The position numbers and the translations under genes were made by a program. DNA of 63,992 bases, counting the filler, from Octopus bimaculoides (lineage: Eukaryota): the NCBI RefSeq assembly GCF_001194135.2. It is 6 parts of 6 records of this genome, joined end to end, with 100 filler letters (N's around TTAATTAATTAA, not from the genome) between each part and the next. Parts side by side here need not be neighbours in the genome. Positions count along the whole stretch, not along the records: positions 24,917 to 43,782 come from NC_068981.1; positions 43,883 to 57,771 come from NC_069003.1; 4 more parts are not named here. One strand, written 5' to 3'. Below are positions 37,986 through 50,562 of the stretch, one piece after another. Position 1 is the stretch's first letter, and each line of letters starts with the position of its first letter. The notes beneath the pieces were generated by a model. The model did not search any database, had not been told where the DNA came from, and saw nothing but the letters and a program-made list of their open reading frames with translations.

Positions 37986-38500
37986 GCGTAAAAACAGAAT
38001 GTGTATGAATGTGTGTATATACATAAGCTGTATATATACACAAGAATTTATAATAAATACAATCTTTCTTTGTAGGCTTTCTGGTGGTATAGTCGTTACT
38101 GTGTCTATTTTTGTATCCAGTTTTGCTAATTCATTTAGTTTCTATCTGAAACTTATTTCTAGCTAAGTTAGGATATGATATTTATCACTTTATTTTATCC
38201 ATTTAGTTCTGCTTCGAGTATTAATTTAATCCGACTATAATATTCCTTCCTAGCTTTCAGTTCGTTTGTGTGATCTAGTTCGTTAATTTCTAAATATTTC
38301 TATATGTATGTGTTTGGTATAATTCACTTATCTCTGTCATTTTATTTATCATGATAAGACTAGAGTTTATTAACATTTTTCTTCTCAAGGGGCCTTGATG
38401 TTTAATTTTCGAAGGCAAATTTCATACCAGTTTCTTCTGAGCGTCAGTTTCTAATTGCAGTAGCAGCAACAACAGCATTAGTAGTAGCAATAATGATAAT

Positions 38501-39358
38501 AATCCTTTCTACTAAAGGCACAAATTGAAATTTTTGGGGAGGGGACAAGTCGATTATATCGACCCCAGTGTTCTTCTGGTACTTATTTCACCAACCCCGC
38601 AAAAAAAACAAAACAAAAAAAACAAAGTCAACCTAAGCGGCATTTGAACTCAGAATGTAAGAAATGCCGCGAAGCATTTTTCCCGGCGTGCTAGCGACTC
38701 TGCCAGCCCGCAGCCTAAATAATAATGATAATCCTTTCTACTAAAGGCACAAGGCCTGAAATTTTTGGGGAGAGGACACACCAGTGTTTCACTGGTACTT
38801 AATTTATCAACCCCGAAAGGATGAAAAGCAAAGTCGACCTCGGCCGAATTTGAACTCAGACAGTAGCGACGGACGAAATGCCGCTAAGCATTTTGCCCGG
38901 CGCTAACGATTCTGCCAGCTCACCGCCTTAATAATAATACTATTAATAATCCTTTTTACTAAAGGCACAAGGCCTGAGATTTTGGTGGAGGAGACTAGTC
39001 GATTACATCGACTCCAATGTTTCACTGGTACTTAATTAATCGACCCCGAAAAGATGAAAGGCAAAGTTAACCTTGGTAGAATTTGAACTCAAAACGTAGC
39101 GACGAAATGTCACTAAGCATTTTGCCCGGCGCTCTAAAGATTCTGCCAGTTCACCGCCTTAATAATAATGTTAATAATAATGATTTCAAATTTTGGGACA
39201 TGGCTAGCAAGTTCGGGGGAGGGGGTAAGTCGATAACAACTGGTACTCATTTTACCGACCCTGAAAGGATGAAAAGCAAAGTCAATCCCGGCGGAATTTG
39301 AACTCAGAACGTAGCGATGGACGAAATGCTGCTACAATTCTGCCAGCTCGCCGCCTTA
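38501..39358 (-). repeat. Head-to-tail array of four SINE family B copies joined by (AAT)n
   Basis: Units at 38501-38717, 38730-38930, 38948-39161 and 39181-39358, each with different indels. Confidence 0.85.
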
Positions 39359-40030
39359 ATGATCATGATGATTTCTTTATTGAACATTAAGGGTTTACAA
39401 AGGGATCAAACACGGTACAGGATGATACAATACAGTGTGGAGTTACATAAGAGCATGCAATAGGTTAGAAGAAACAAACAATAGGATAGAAGAAACAAAC
39501 ATCTTAAACAAGAAATATTTCGCCGAAAGGAGTAGATTTTCGAGGGCTGTTCGTCTGAACAAAAACCATGGCCATTCTCTCCTCATCTTCCTTCCCCAGT
39601 CTAGAAGCACATGCTCAAAGCAAAACCCGTTCTTGACATTCTCATACGCCTTTCTACAAATTTGTTCTAGTCTATTAATTATCAAGCAATGTTTATGTTT
39701 TTAGCGCTATTGACATCACTGGATTGAATGGTACTGTCCAGGAGTCGAAACTATAATGCTATTCATTAGGTAGCTAATGAAAGATATACACGTTTGATGT
39801 GTTTGTTGACTGACTCTTTTGTATTTTGTGTTCACGTGGTTCTAAGTTGACCTTCATTGAAATTCTAGTCCTCGTTGGACTGAACTTGTTAAGGGTTCTA
39901 AGTTTCTTGCTTTATGGTGGTTTTGTTGTTTATATTATATTATACGGTGACGTATGATTGTCCTTCATAGGCATTCTAATTCCGGTAAGGGTAGTACTTT
40001 TGTAAGGGTTTCTAGTTTAGGGAGGTTTTG

Positions 40031-40073
<43 letters not shown>

Positions 40074-40307
40074 TGCATATACATATACATACATACATAT
40101 ATATATATATGCATATAAAAGCATTGAAATATATGCATATAAAAGCATAAATATATATGCATATACACATATACATATACACACGTATGTATGTTAATTT
40201 TATATGTTTGTATGCTTGCATGTATGTATGTTTGCATGCATGCATGCATGTATGTATGTATGTATCTATCTATCTGTCTGTCTGCCTGTCTGTCTATCTG
40301 TCTGTCG

Positions 40308-40369
<62 letters not shown>

Positions 40370-41104
40370 TTTTCTATTTAGAAAAATAGTGATGCATACA
40401 AGGGAAGGAAGACAGAGAAATGTCGCGGAAATACTTCGATGTTATACTTCTCAGGACTATGAAAAATATCGTCTTTGAAAGGTGAAATAGAACACTAGCT
40501 CATTATTCGAAGTCCAACATTGCACTATCGTTGAACTGTCTTTTCTTATTGTGTGCAATTCTAAATATCTATCGACTGTTTACGAACTGAATTTATGGAG
40601 ACCGATGTCATTATTATACGTTTCAAGAAATTCAACAGATTTATGAAAATATTTTGACTTCAAGCTACTAATTTAGGTATTTGTTTGATTACTAAGCAGC
40701 TTGCATGGCTAACATGATTTTCTCTGGAATTAATGGCTACGTACGAAGTGTAAAAACAGACTACATAGAACTACAACAGTTCTATATCTTAAAACACGTA
40801 TCAATCATCGCCATTTTAACTTTGTTACCCAGACATCTTCCCATCAAACAATTAGTCTCTAATTTCCTTATGTGTTCGCTACTATCAATGTTGGTTTTTT
40901 TATTAGTGTAACTCGATTCCAACCAATAAAGCGACTAATATGATATCTTAAATGACTGAAATACGAAAGTGAATATAATCTATTTGTTGTATATTTAATT
41001 TGGTTTCAGTACCTCATGTATCTCTGTTTCATATCATTCCTCACAACGTTTTTCATATCTATAGAAAAGTTAATCTGTTTTTAATGCCATTTAATTCAAT
41101 TCGT

Positions 41105-41210
<106 letters not shown>

Positions 41211-41390
41211 ACTCATATTCGCTCTAACTGTTGACTGTCTGTTGGCCTTAGAAGGTGTCTATATTTGCTCACGATAGAGTATGACGTGCTAGCAGGTCAA
41301 ACTCGCTTACGAGAGACGTGTGTGTATGTTTATGTGTATGTATGTATGTATGTATGTATGTATGTATGTATGTATGTATGTATGTATGTG

Positions 41391-41645
41391 ATGGTGCATG
41401 GCTCAGTGGTTAGAGCGTCGGTCTCACAATCGCGATGTAGTGAGTTCGATTTTCGAACCGGGCTGTGTGCAGTGATCTTGAGCAAGACACTTTATTTCAT
41501 GTTGCTCCAGCTCACTCAGTTGTAGAAATGAGTTGCGACGTGAATGGTACCAAGCTGTGTTGGCCTTTGCCTTTCCCTTGGACAACATCGGTGACGGGGA
41601 GAGGAGAAGCTGGTATGCATAGGTGACTGCTGGTCTTCCATAAAC
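41391..41645 (+). mobile_element. tRNA-derived SINE family C-related copy
   Basis: GGTGCATGGCTCAGTGGTTAGAGCG (A-box), GAGTTCGATT (B-box), TTGAGCAAGACACTTTATTTCATGTTGCTCCAG. Confidence 0.7.
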
Positions 41646-41899
41646 AAATGGTTTTCTGGTGCATAAATGCACATCACCAAAACAAAAAAAAGAAGAAAAA
41701 AAAGAAAAGGAAAAGTACCACATGAAGATTTTCCTCTCTTGGTAAATATCGCAGTATTTGTGTATTCTTACACAACATCCATTAAGTGGTAAACAAGCCT
41801 CGTAAAACTTTACCAAGGATCGTATTATGGTTAGAATGTCACTGAAGGTTTAAGAGTGCTGCTGAGATATCCTGCGAGTTTAGCTCCACTTCCGATGTC

Positions 41900-42500
41900 C
41901 ACGTATCGCACAAAACAGTTTCTCGAGGTTTCGAGGTTCTAGGTTGCTTGCTTAGGCACCGGCAAAGAAAACTCTGATCTCCAGGAAGAATCAAAGAGCC
42001 CGTCTTCGTTTCGCTCACGAACATGTTTGGACAGAAGAACAGTGGTCGCAGGTTCATTTTAGCGACGAATCGAAGTTTAATGTGATTGATTCCGATGGAG
42101 GGATGTAAGTCCGACGAAGAAGTGGCAAAAGGTTATCTCGTGCATGTGTGAAGAAGACAGTGAGATATGGAGGAGGCAGTGTAATGGTACCTGGAGTGAT
42201 TTCTGCTGCTTGTCCTGGTCCATTTCTTCGACTACAAGGGATTGTCAACGGTGAAATCTACAAACAGATTCTTAGACATGCCCTTCCACATCTCATGGAC
42301 TGGCCACCTCAAAATTCCGATCTCAACCCTATAGAAAACGTTTGGAAAATTATTGGAGATGGAGCGTGAAGGAGAAATCCGAATGGAACAATATTACTCC
42401 ATCATTTTGCAAGAAATTGATTCAGTCCTGTGATTTACCACAGGATTGAATTAACATGCCAGATGTCAGGATGTCATTGATAGTAAAGGGATGTTCACAA
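41900..42500 (+). pseudogene. Internally deleted Tc1 transposase relic
   Basis: FSDESKFN, KKTVRYGGGSVMVPG, VNGEIYKQIL, WPPQNSDLNPIENVW; the second catalytic Asp region is deleted. Confidence 0.75.
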
Positions 42501-42873
42501 AATATCAATAGTAAGGGTTTCTTTTTTGCTCTTTCTCCATTAACTTTTGGCCGTTGCAGCTTGGAAGATTATTTGTTTATTTCCTCATAACTTACGAAAT
42601 ATTTATTCCATTCACTTGAAATTTTCACGAATGATAGATATTAGATATATCTAAATATGTGTTAAATATCTTCTATAATAACTATTTCAATACACTTGTT
42701 CTTACTGACCCTTATATTATGGCTGCTATTGTGTATATATATATATATGCATACATAAGTATACATATATTGTATACGGATATGTTTATATATATATATT
42801 TATTTGTATATTGTATTTCGGGACGGTCATTTGTTTTCGCCAAATAAACGCACGCACTATATANNNNNNNNNN

Positions 42874-42912
<39 letters not shown>

Positions 42913-43154
42913 ATTTGTACATATATGTATGTATGCATGGATGCATGTGTTTATATATGTATGTATACTTATATATGTATATATATATATATGCATACAT
43001 AAGTATACATATATTGTATACGGATATGTTTATATATATATATTTATTTGTATATTGTATTTCGGGACGGTCATTTGTTTTCGCCAAATAAACGCACGCA
43101 CTATATAGTCCTTCTTCACTCATTTGTTACTGTTTTTATTTTAACTCATGTCCA

Positions 43155-43200
43155 TTGTCCGGAAATCTTTCGCCACACATCTGTGACTTCTTCAGTGACA
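43155..43200 (-). ncRNA. Degenerate minimal type I hammerhead motif (Penelope-LTR type)
   Basis: TGTCA CTGAAGA A GTCAC-AGATGT-GTGGC GAAA GATT TC CGGACA: intact core and 5-bp stem II; stems I and III imperfect. Confidence 0.45.
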
Positions 43201-43741
43201 CTTTCTGTCCTCGTGTGTGCTCCTGCTCCGCTTAGTCCACTCTGTTCTACTATGATGTGTATCCTTATATGCACATGCGTTTGTGTCTGTATTTTGTGTG
43301 TGTGTGTGTGTCGTTGTTCTTAGTAGCACTGTGACCCTCCCTTCAGCCCGTCCCCTCTCTCGGTGCCCCTGTTGCTACCCTTGACCCAACTTATGGTACC
43401 GCTCCTGTATCTCTCACTGTTTGTGTGTTCACACACGCTGCTGCCATCGTGGCAGTAGTTGTTTTGTTGCTGTTGCTGTTGTCATTGTTGGTCGCGTTGT
43501 TGATATTGTTTGTGTGTGTATATGGGTTCGCTTCCTATGTTGTTTGAATTCGAGCCCTTTATACAGTTTCCATTTCTTTTGTCTATCTCAAATTCATATA
43601 TTTGTCATAGGTATGTGCATATTTGTGTATTACAGTGTTTGCATCTGTTTTTTTCTCTCCCTTCTGTCTTTAGCCGTCATGTTGTGTGGTGTGGTAGCGG
43701 GTGTTATTGTTCTATTCGTGTAACACAAATTCATAAACGTA

Positions 43742-43782
<41 letters not shown>

Positions 43783-43882
43783 NNNNNNNNNNNNNNNNNN
43801 NNNNNNNNNNNNNNNNNNNNNNNNNNTTAATTAATTAANNNNNNNNNNNNNNNNNNNNNNNNNNNNNNNNNNNNNNNNNNNN
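43783..43882. other. Artificial scaffold linker
   Basis: 44 N + TTAATTAATTAA + 44 N. Confidence 0.95.
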
Positions 43883-44080
43883 TACAATATAAAATAAAAT
43901 AAAATAAAAATGGATGGCACCATGAAAGAAAGTATTGAATGTAGATGAAATATTGAGTGTTCAATATAAAGGATCAAATATATAAATATATAAATATAAA
44001 TATATATATATAAAGGCGACTCGAGTTTCAGGGCTATTTCCCTTCGTCATGGCCGGTATGACAGACTTTAACAGACTGTC
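43883..44080 (-). mobile_element. Hammerhead-like-bearing repeat, copy 1 (motif at 44015-44054)
   Basis: Reverse complement of 55157-55330, identical apart from an AT-run length difference; (TA)n on its 5' side; cut by the scaffold edge. Confidence 0.7.
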
Positions 44081-44515
44081 TATATATATATATATATATA
44101 TATAGGAAGGGCATCGAGCTGTAGAAACTCTGCCAAATTAGATTGGAGCCTGGTGTTGCCATCCGGTTTCACCAGTCCTCAGTCAAATCGTCCAACCCAT
44201 GCTAGCATGGAAAGCGGACGTTAAACGATGATGATGATATATATATATTTATATACATGTATATGTGTGTGTGTGTGCGCGTGCGTGCGCGCGCACACAC
44301 ACACACACACACAAATATGATATCTCACAATGGTCAAACATGTTATTTGTACCTTGTATTAAGCACTCTCCTTCATATATATATATTATCTTTATCTTTT
44401 GATATTTACTTTGTTTTATATTATACTCATTTATTGTGCTTTTAATTATTAATTTTTCTATATGTGATAGTGGATTTTCATTGATGAGTTCTTGAAACTT
44501 GGTTATTTTCCCTAA

Positions 44516-44589
<74 letters not shown>

Positions 44590-44727
44590 GTTCTAGTCCT
44601 GGTTACTTGTGTTTAGAAAGTACCTCATCATTAGAAGACATCCTGTATATATACACATGTGTGTATACATGTACATGCTTTGACACATTTGTATATATTT
44701 TACTAACTAATCCCCCTATCACATCAG

Positions 44728-44891
44728 GTTTACCTCAATGGTTACCATGGTGACGTTTCAGAGACTTACCTTATTGGAGATGTTGATGAAAGAGCTAAAA
44801 ATCTCGTTGAAACAACACGTCGTTCTTTACTGGAGGCCATCAAAATTTGTAAAGACGACGTTCCTTTCTCAGAAATCGGACGAAAAATTAA
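44728..44891 (+). CDS. METAP1D: Methionine aminopeptidase 1D (mitochondrial), internal exon
   Basis: CAG|VYLNGYHGDVSETYLIGDVDERAKNLVETTRRSLLEAIKICKDDVPFSEIGRKI|GTAAGT; contains the HGD metal ligand; ends in phase 2. Confidence 0.92.
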
Positions 44892-45310
44892 GTAAGTGAT
44901 ATTTTTATTGTTGTTGCTTAGGACTCCAAGTTCACCTCTGACCAAGAAAGCCCTTGACCAAAATTATGACATTGACATCCATCCCCAGGTCATGATGGTG
45001 TTGATACGTGATAGTGATGGTGGTGGTGGAGGCAATCGTTTTCCTAAGAAATACCTTCTAGTGTTTAGTCCCAGGATTTCTTCATATTTCACATTTTTAT
45101 GTCTGTACAAATATAAACTGGCATTGTGATTAACTTATAACCCTATATTTAGTTACTTATTTAGTTCTCACCACATTCAGCCATTGTCTTGTGGCCTAGC
45201 ATCAAGGAGCATCATTCTAAACATTTTACCTCAACAGTGAAGCCTGTACACTCACTTGACCTGCTTGAAATAACAACCAAATGTCTCTGAAATCACACCA
45301 TGTTTAATAA

Positions 45311-45678
45311 AACGAGCACTCAGGGAGCGCAAACCTCCGCCAAGGCAACACCAACATCCTCTCAACGATTAGCCAGAGATGATTTTTAAAATGAGAATAT
45401 CTGAAATAAACTTGACTGCTCTCACAAATGAGAATACTAAAAATGAATCTAACTGCTCTCAAAAGTTAAGTAAAAAAAACAGGAAAAATAAGCCAGAATC
45501 CTTGTCCGGTACCAGATCGATCCCAAAATCTAATCAGTTTGTGCCAGTCATAAGGCCAAACATCCCTGAAAGTTTCATTTGAATCCAACCTGCAGTTCTT
45601 GAGATATCTTAACCACAGACAAACAAACAAATGCAACTGAAAACAATACCTCTGCCTTTGCTAAGGTGGAGGTAATAA
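45311..45678 (+). mobile_element. Helentron-type non-autonomous element (HINE/DINE-like)
   Basis: 5' sub-terminal ACCTCCGCC, (CAAA)n tract, 3' hairpin ACCTCTGCC-TTTGCTAA-GGTGGAGGT; partial reverse copy at 58276-58470. Confidence 0.55.
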
Positions 45679-45899
45679 AATGAAGTCCACATTAAATAAT
45701 ATACTCTTTGACACATAAAAAGATGCAATGGTCTCAGCTGGGATGTCTTGGTCTGTCTTCTCAATCATAGCTGGGCTGAAGTTAAACAACTTTAAATGTT
45801 TTAATTCCTGTTTAAGTGGTTCCCAGTAGAGAGAGCAACCATTTGTTAAAAAATTGAAAAGATACAATTACTCCAATAAAAAGAAACAAAAAAAATCAT

Positions 45900-46152
45900 A
45901 GCCGTGGCCGTTGCCAGTGTCTTATAAATGGCATCTGTGAAGAAATTGTAGTCTTAGCCATTGCTGGTGGCACGTAAAATGCATCCACTACACTCTTGGA
46001 GTGGTTGGCATTAGGAAGGGCATCCAGCCATAGAAACCATGCCAAATCAGACTGGAACATGGTGCAGCTCTCCGGCTTACCAGTTCCAATCAAACTGTCT
46101 AACCCATGCCAGTATGGGAAGCAGATGTTAAATGATGATGATGATGATGATT
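45900..46152 (+). mobile_element. SINE-like element with (GAT)n tail
   Basis: AGGAAGGGCATCCAGC..AACCCATGCCAGTATGG..GTTAAATGATGATGAT; homologous 3' part at 44104-44240. Confidence 0.6.
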
Positions 46153-46272
46153 CCACAACACACAACATGGGAAAATGGCTGTAAATCAATGAAAAGCAAA
46201 AAAAAAAAAACAGTAAGATTACTGAAATTCCTAAATAATTTATTGTATTTCTCTTTTACCATTCTGTTCCAG

Positions 46273-46370
46273 TGATGTGGTGACAGCAGCTGATTTCCAA
46301 GTCATTCCTGATTTCTGTGGTCATGGAATTGGTCGATATTTTCATGGTTTACCTGATGTGTTTCACATTG
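46273..46370 (+). CDS. METAP1D: METAP1D internal exon
   Basis: CCAG|(N)DVVTAADFQVIPDFCGHGIGRYFHGLPDVFHI|GTGAGT; GHGIG histidine ligand motif; phase 2 in, phase 1 out. Confidence 0.93.
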
Positions 46371-46629
46371 GTGAGTATATTGTTGCTATATACAGCAGTG
46401 GTCCCCAAACTTTTTGAAGGGGCTGCTGCTCCCTTGGCACTCAGACCACATTCCTAGTGCCCCTTTCCTATGCACCACCACAAACATAAACCACCTCCTG
46501 AAGCAAATTCACAAATTCAAAGCAGCTGTGTTTCACAAATAAAACATAACCTAATTAACCCATTATTTTATTGTTTTTACATCTATCTGTCTTCTCCTCT
46601 CTGTCTTGTCCTCTCACCAACCTTAAAGT

Positions 46630-47040
46630 TTTTTCTCAAACCCTTCATTTTATACTGCATACATATTTCCCACAAAACATATTTCCCACAAAACCTGTTT
46701 CCCACAAAAACAGCATTTCTCTGGAATTGCTTCTTTGATTCCTGATTTTCTCGCAACCAGTGATCTTCAAAAGGTCAAACAGTGGATTAATGTCATCCAG
46801 CTATTGTTAATCCTTAGTCTGGGTGGAACTGACCAGTATAAAAGAAATATATACCTGCATTACTGTTGTTGTTGTTATTTTGCACCGTGTCAGACCAGAT
46901 TGTGTTGACTTCTGAGAAAATCTATATCTGCCAGAAAATCTATATCTGCCAGAAAATCTATATCTGCCAGAAAATCTATATCTGCCTTTTGTTTATAGTC
47001 ATGCATCTAGGACTTCATTCATCTTCTGTATCCTTCATTT
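46630..47040 (+). repeat. About 400-bp direct repeat, copy 1 (METAP1D intron); copy 2 at 48922-49315
   Basis: Long near-identical alignment including (TTTCCCACAAAAC)n sub-repeats and AGAAAATCTATATCTGCC (four times here, once in copy 2). Confidence 0.85.
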
Positions 47041-47621
47041 TGGCCACCCCATTATTGCCCCCATTTTTCTTCAATGCACCCCCTGGATCTTTCCACTGCT
47101 CCCAAGGGTGCAGCACCACCCACTTTATGAATCACTGGTTTCTAGTGAATGTAGTGTATACTGCGAGTGTATATTACGAGTGTATGTTAACCCTTTTGAT
47201 ACCAATATGCCTGACACCACCCCAGGTTCTAAGACATAAACTTGCTGTTTTAAAGTCGTCTAAATTATAATTTTGCCATCAAAATTTTATGCTAATTTGT
47301 TGCAGAGCCCGGCTTAATAATGAGAAAGTTATTTAACTAAATACTTCATTGTTTTAAAAATCAACTGAAAGACAGAAATATGGTAACAAAAAGGTTAATA
47401 ATAACACAGGGCCTTGTATTTTTTTTTACTGGTCTGTTCCAGACATGTCAGAAACAGTTGGGTTCTTCCATGGCTGTACTGTGAGTCTTCAGCATAACTG
47501 TAGCTGTACAATGGTATTTGAATACAGCAAACTCCAGTGTGGTACTTCAGTATGGCTGATACTGTATAGCTTTGCTATTGCATAACCAAAAGTGTACTGT
47601 ATTGCTCTCACATGTACATGA

Positions 47622-47660
<39 letters not shown>

Positions 47661-47840
47661 TATGAGTAATTGTGTATATTTAAATGCAATACTGACCTAA
47701 AACCCAGTGTTATGTTGTATTTTTTCCTTAACTTACCAGTCCAACAATTGATAAAATTGATAAAATAATTGTGATGGCGTTAACGTTGGGTGTTTATTAA
47801 TTAAAATGTCAAAGAACATTTATTTATTTTTCTTAATTAG

Positions 47841-47888
47841 ATTTGGGTTGTAAAACGAGGATGAAGGAGAATATGGTGTTTACAATTG
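47841..47888 (+). CDS. METAP1D: METAP1D short internal exon
   Basis: TTAG|(D)LGCKTRMKENMVFTI|GTGAGT; 48 nt, phase 1/1. Confidence 0.9.
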
Positions 47889-48557
47889 GTGAGTGGATAA
47901 TTGTTTGTTAAAATATTTAATTTAAATTTTATGCAGTTGTTATTTTCTTCTCATTGTTTTTTGCTGTGACCATTAACATAGAAATGGTCAACAGGGAGGA
48001 TCAAATACCACAAAGTATTTTTGTTCAGAATCTCCTGTTTATCCGTTTGCTTAGTGATGCTTACACGTCTTAGCAAAAAGCTATTGTGAAAGACATGCAC
48101 ACATACATACACAATTATATGCGACATGTGTGTATGTGGTATGTGTATGTAATGTATGACTGTGTGAATATATGTGTGTATACATATATATACACACACA
48201 TGTAAACACAGACATACACATGTATGTAGATATGCAAGTGTACTATTTGTGTGTGAGTCTATCTATCTGTCTGTCTGTCTATTTATTTAGTAATTAATAA
48301 GCTTGCTTCCAAAGCACATGGTTCTAGGTTCAGCCCCACTATGTGGAAACTACTGCTATACTCTTGGGCTGACCAAAGCCTTGTGAGTGGATTTGGTAGA
48401 CAGAAACTGAAAGAAGCCTGTCATATATGTGTGTATGTACATATATATATATATTTGTCTTTCATTTATTTTGGACTTATCCCCTGCTCCTGAAATTGTT
48501 GGCCTTGTGCCAAAATTTGAAGCCTTTATATAATGATTATATTATTTCTCATTTTAG

Positions 48558-48700
48558 AACCTTTGGTATGTGAAGGATCTTCTGCAATAAAAATTTTATC
48601 TGATGGCTGGACTGCAGTGACCAGAGACGGCAGCCGATCAGCCCAGTTTGAACATTGTGTTCGAGTAACACAACATGGGGCAGAGATTCTTACACAATAA
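48558..48700 (+). CDS. METAP1D: METAP1D last coding exon
   Basis: TTTTAG|(E)[46 protein letters not shown]; completes the TIEP and AQFEH glutamate ligands; stop TAA at 48698-48700. Confidence 0.93.
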
Positions 48701-49331
48701 CATATGGCATCTGTGGCTGTGGCTACAAATATGAAAACCCAATGTAAATTTTCTGATTTGAATCAAACATAATTTATTTTCAAATCCCTTGACTGTCCTC
48801 TCTTTCTGTTACTCCAACTGTACTACAACAACCCCTGCTTCACTCGATCTTTTTGACTGTAAACTGCCAATACTTAAACTCACTCAACACCTCTCTATCT
48901 TCTCCTCTAACCAACCTCACAGTCTTTTCTCAAACCCTTCATTTTATACTGCGTACATATTTTCCTCAAAACATATTTCCCACAAAACACGTTTCCCACA
49001 AAACATGTTTTCCACAAAAACAGCATTTCTCTGGAATTGTTTCTTTGCTTCCTGATTTTCTTGCAACCAGTGATCTTCAAAAGGTCAAACAGTGGATTAA
49101 TGTCATCCAGCTATTGTTAATCCTTAGTCTGGGTGGAACTGACCAATATAAAAGAAATATATACTTGCATTACTGTTGTTGTTGTTGTTATTTTGCACCG
49201 TGTCAGACCAGATTGTGTTGACTTCTGAGAAAATCTATATCTGCCTGAGCCATCCTGTCGTTTGTTTATAGTCATGCATCTAAGACTAGATTCATCTTCT
49301 GTGTCCTTCATTTTACGATGGTAGTATAGTG

Positions 49332-50028
49332 CAGTGCTTCTCAAACTATTTGATGTGGTGTACTAGCAGTTTTTTTTTTTCAAATGTGCCAGGGACTGGT
49401 AATATTTCTTAGTAATATTAATTTATGCCGTAAACAATATATATAATGAATATAATAAAAGTTGACAGGCGTAGGAGTGGCTGTGTGGTAAGTAGCTTGC
49501 TTACCAACCACATGGTTCCGGGTTCAGTCCCACTGCGTGGCACCTTGGGCAAGTGTCTTCTACTATAGCCTCGGGCCGACCAAAGCCTTGTGAGTGGATT
49601 TGGTAGACGGAAACTGAAAAGAAGCCCGTCGTGTAAAGATAAATACATGTGCATACGTGTGCGTGTGTATATGTGTGTGTGTCTGTGTTTGTCCCCCCAA
49701 CATCGCTTGACAACTGATGTAGGTGTGTTTACGTCTCCGTAACTTAGCAGTTTGGCTAAAGAGACCGATAGAATAAGTACTAGGCTTACAAGGAATAAGT
49801 CCTGGGGTCGATTAGCTCGACTAAAAAAAAAGGTGGTGCTCCAGCATGGCTACAGTCAAATGACTGAAACAAGTAAAAGAAAAGAAAGAATTGTTTTTTA
49901 TCTCATATTTATTTTGTAAACAAATAATACAATATTACATAAACATTTTATAATGTTTCTTTCTTTTCTGGAAACTCTCCGTGGACCAGCAGCTGATGGC
50001 TCGTGGACCACCACTTTGAGTAGCACTG
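49332..50028. mobile_element. hAT-type MITE with a nested family A SINE (49467-49890)
   Basis: TIRs CAGTGCTTCTCAAAC / CTTTGAGTAGCACTG (13/15); TSD GTATAGTG / GTATAGTA (7/8). Confidence 0.8.
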
Positions 50029-50562
50029 GTATAGTATAGTGTATTAGAGGTAGATTTGTGCTGTTTCTAGCATGTTGAGGTTCCTTCACTGATCTCAATT
50101 GTAATCTTATTCTTGATGATGACGATGAGGACTGTGGTAGTTTCTAATTTTGGCACAAGGCCAGCAATTTTGAGGGGAGGAGATAAGGTGAATATCATCA
50201 ACTACAGTGTTTGACTGATATTTTATTGACCCCAGAGAGATGAGAACGCAAGTTGAACTTGGCAAAATTTGAACGTGAAGTCACAAGAAAGACTGCAAAG
50301 CATTTTTTTCTAATGCTCTGATTATTCTGCTGATCCACTGCCATAATAACAATATAATAATTCTTCCTACAACAGGCACAGGGCTCGAATTTTCTTGTTG
50401 GTGGTGGTGGTGGTGGTGGGGATTAAGTCGATTACATCGATCACCAGTACTCAGCTGGTACTTATTTCATCGATCACGAAAGGATAAAAAGCTAAGTGAA
50501 CCTTGGTGGATTGTGAACTGAGACCGTAAAGCCAGAAGATAAACAATGATATTAGCAAACAA

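Noticed and set aside
39365-39960. Minus-strand 80-aa ORF possibly from an L1/Tx1 3' end
   Set aside because: No diagnostic motif that I can support; left unannotated.
42735-43106. Identical ~130-bp tandem duplication
   Set aside because: The copies flank a 10-N gap, typical of an unmerged contig overlap.
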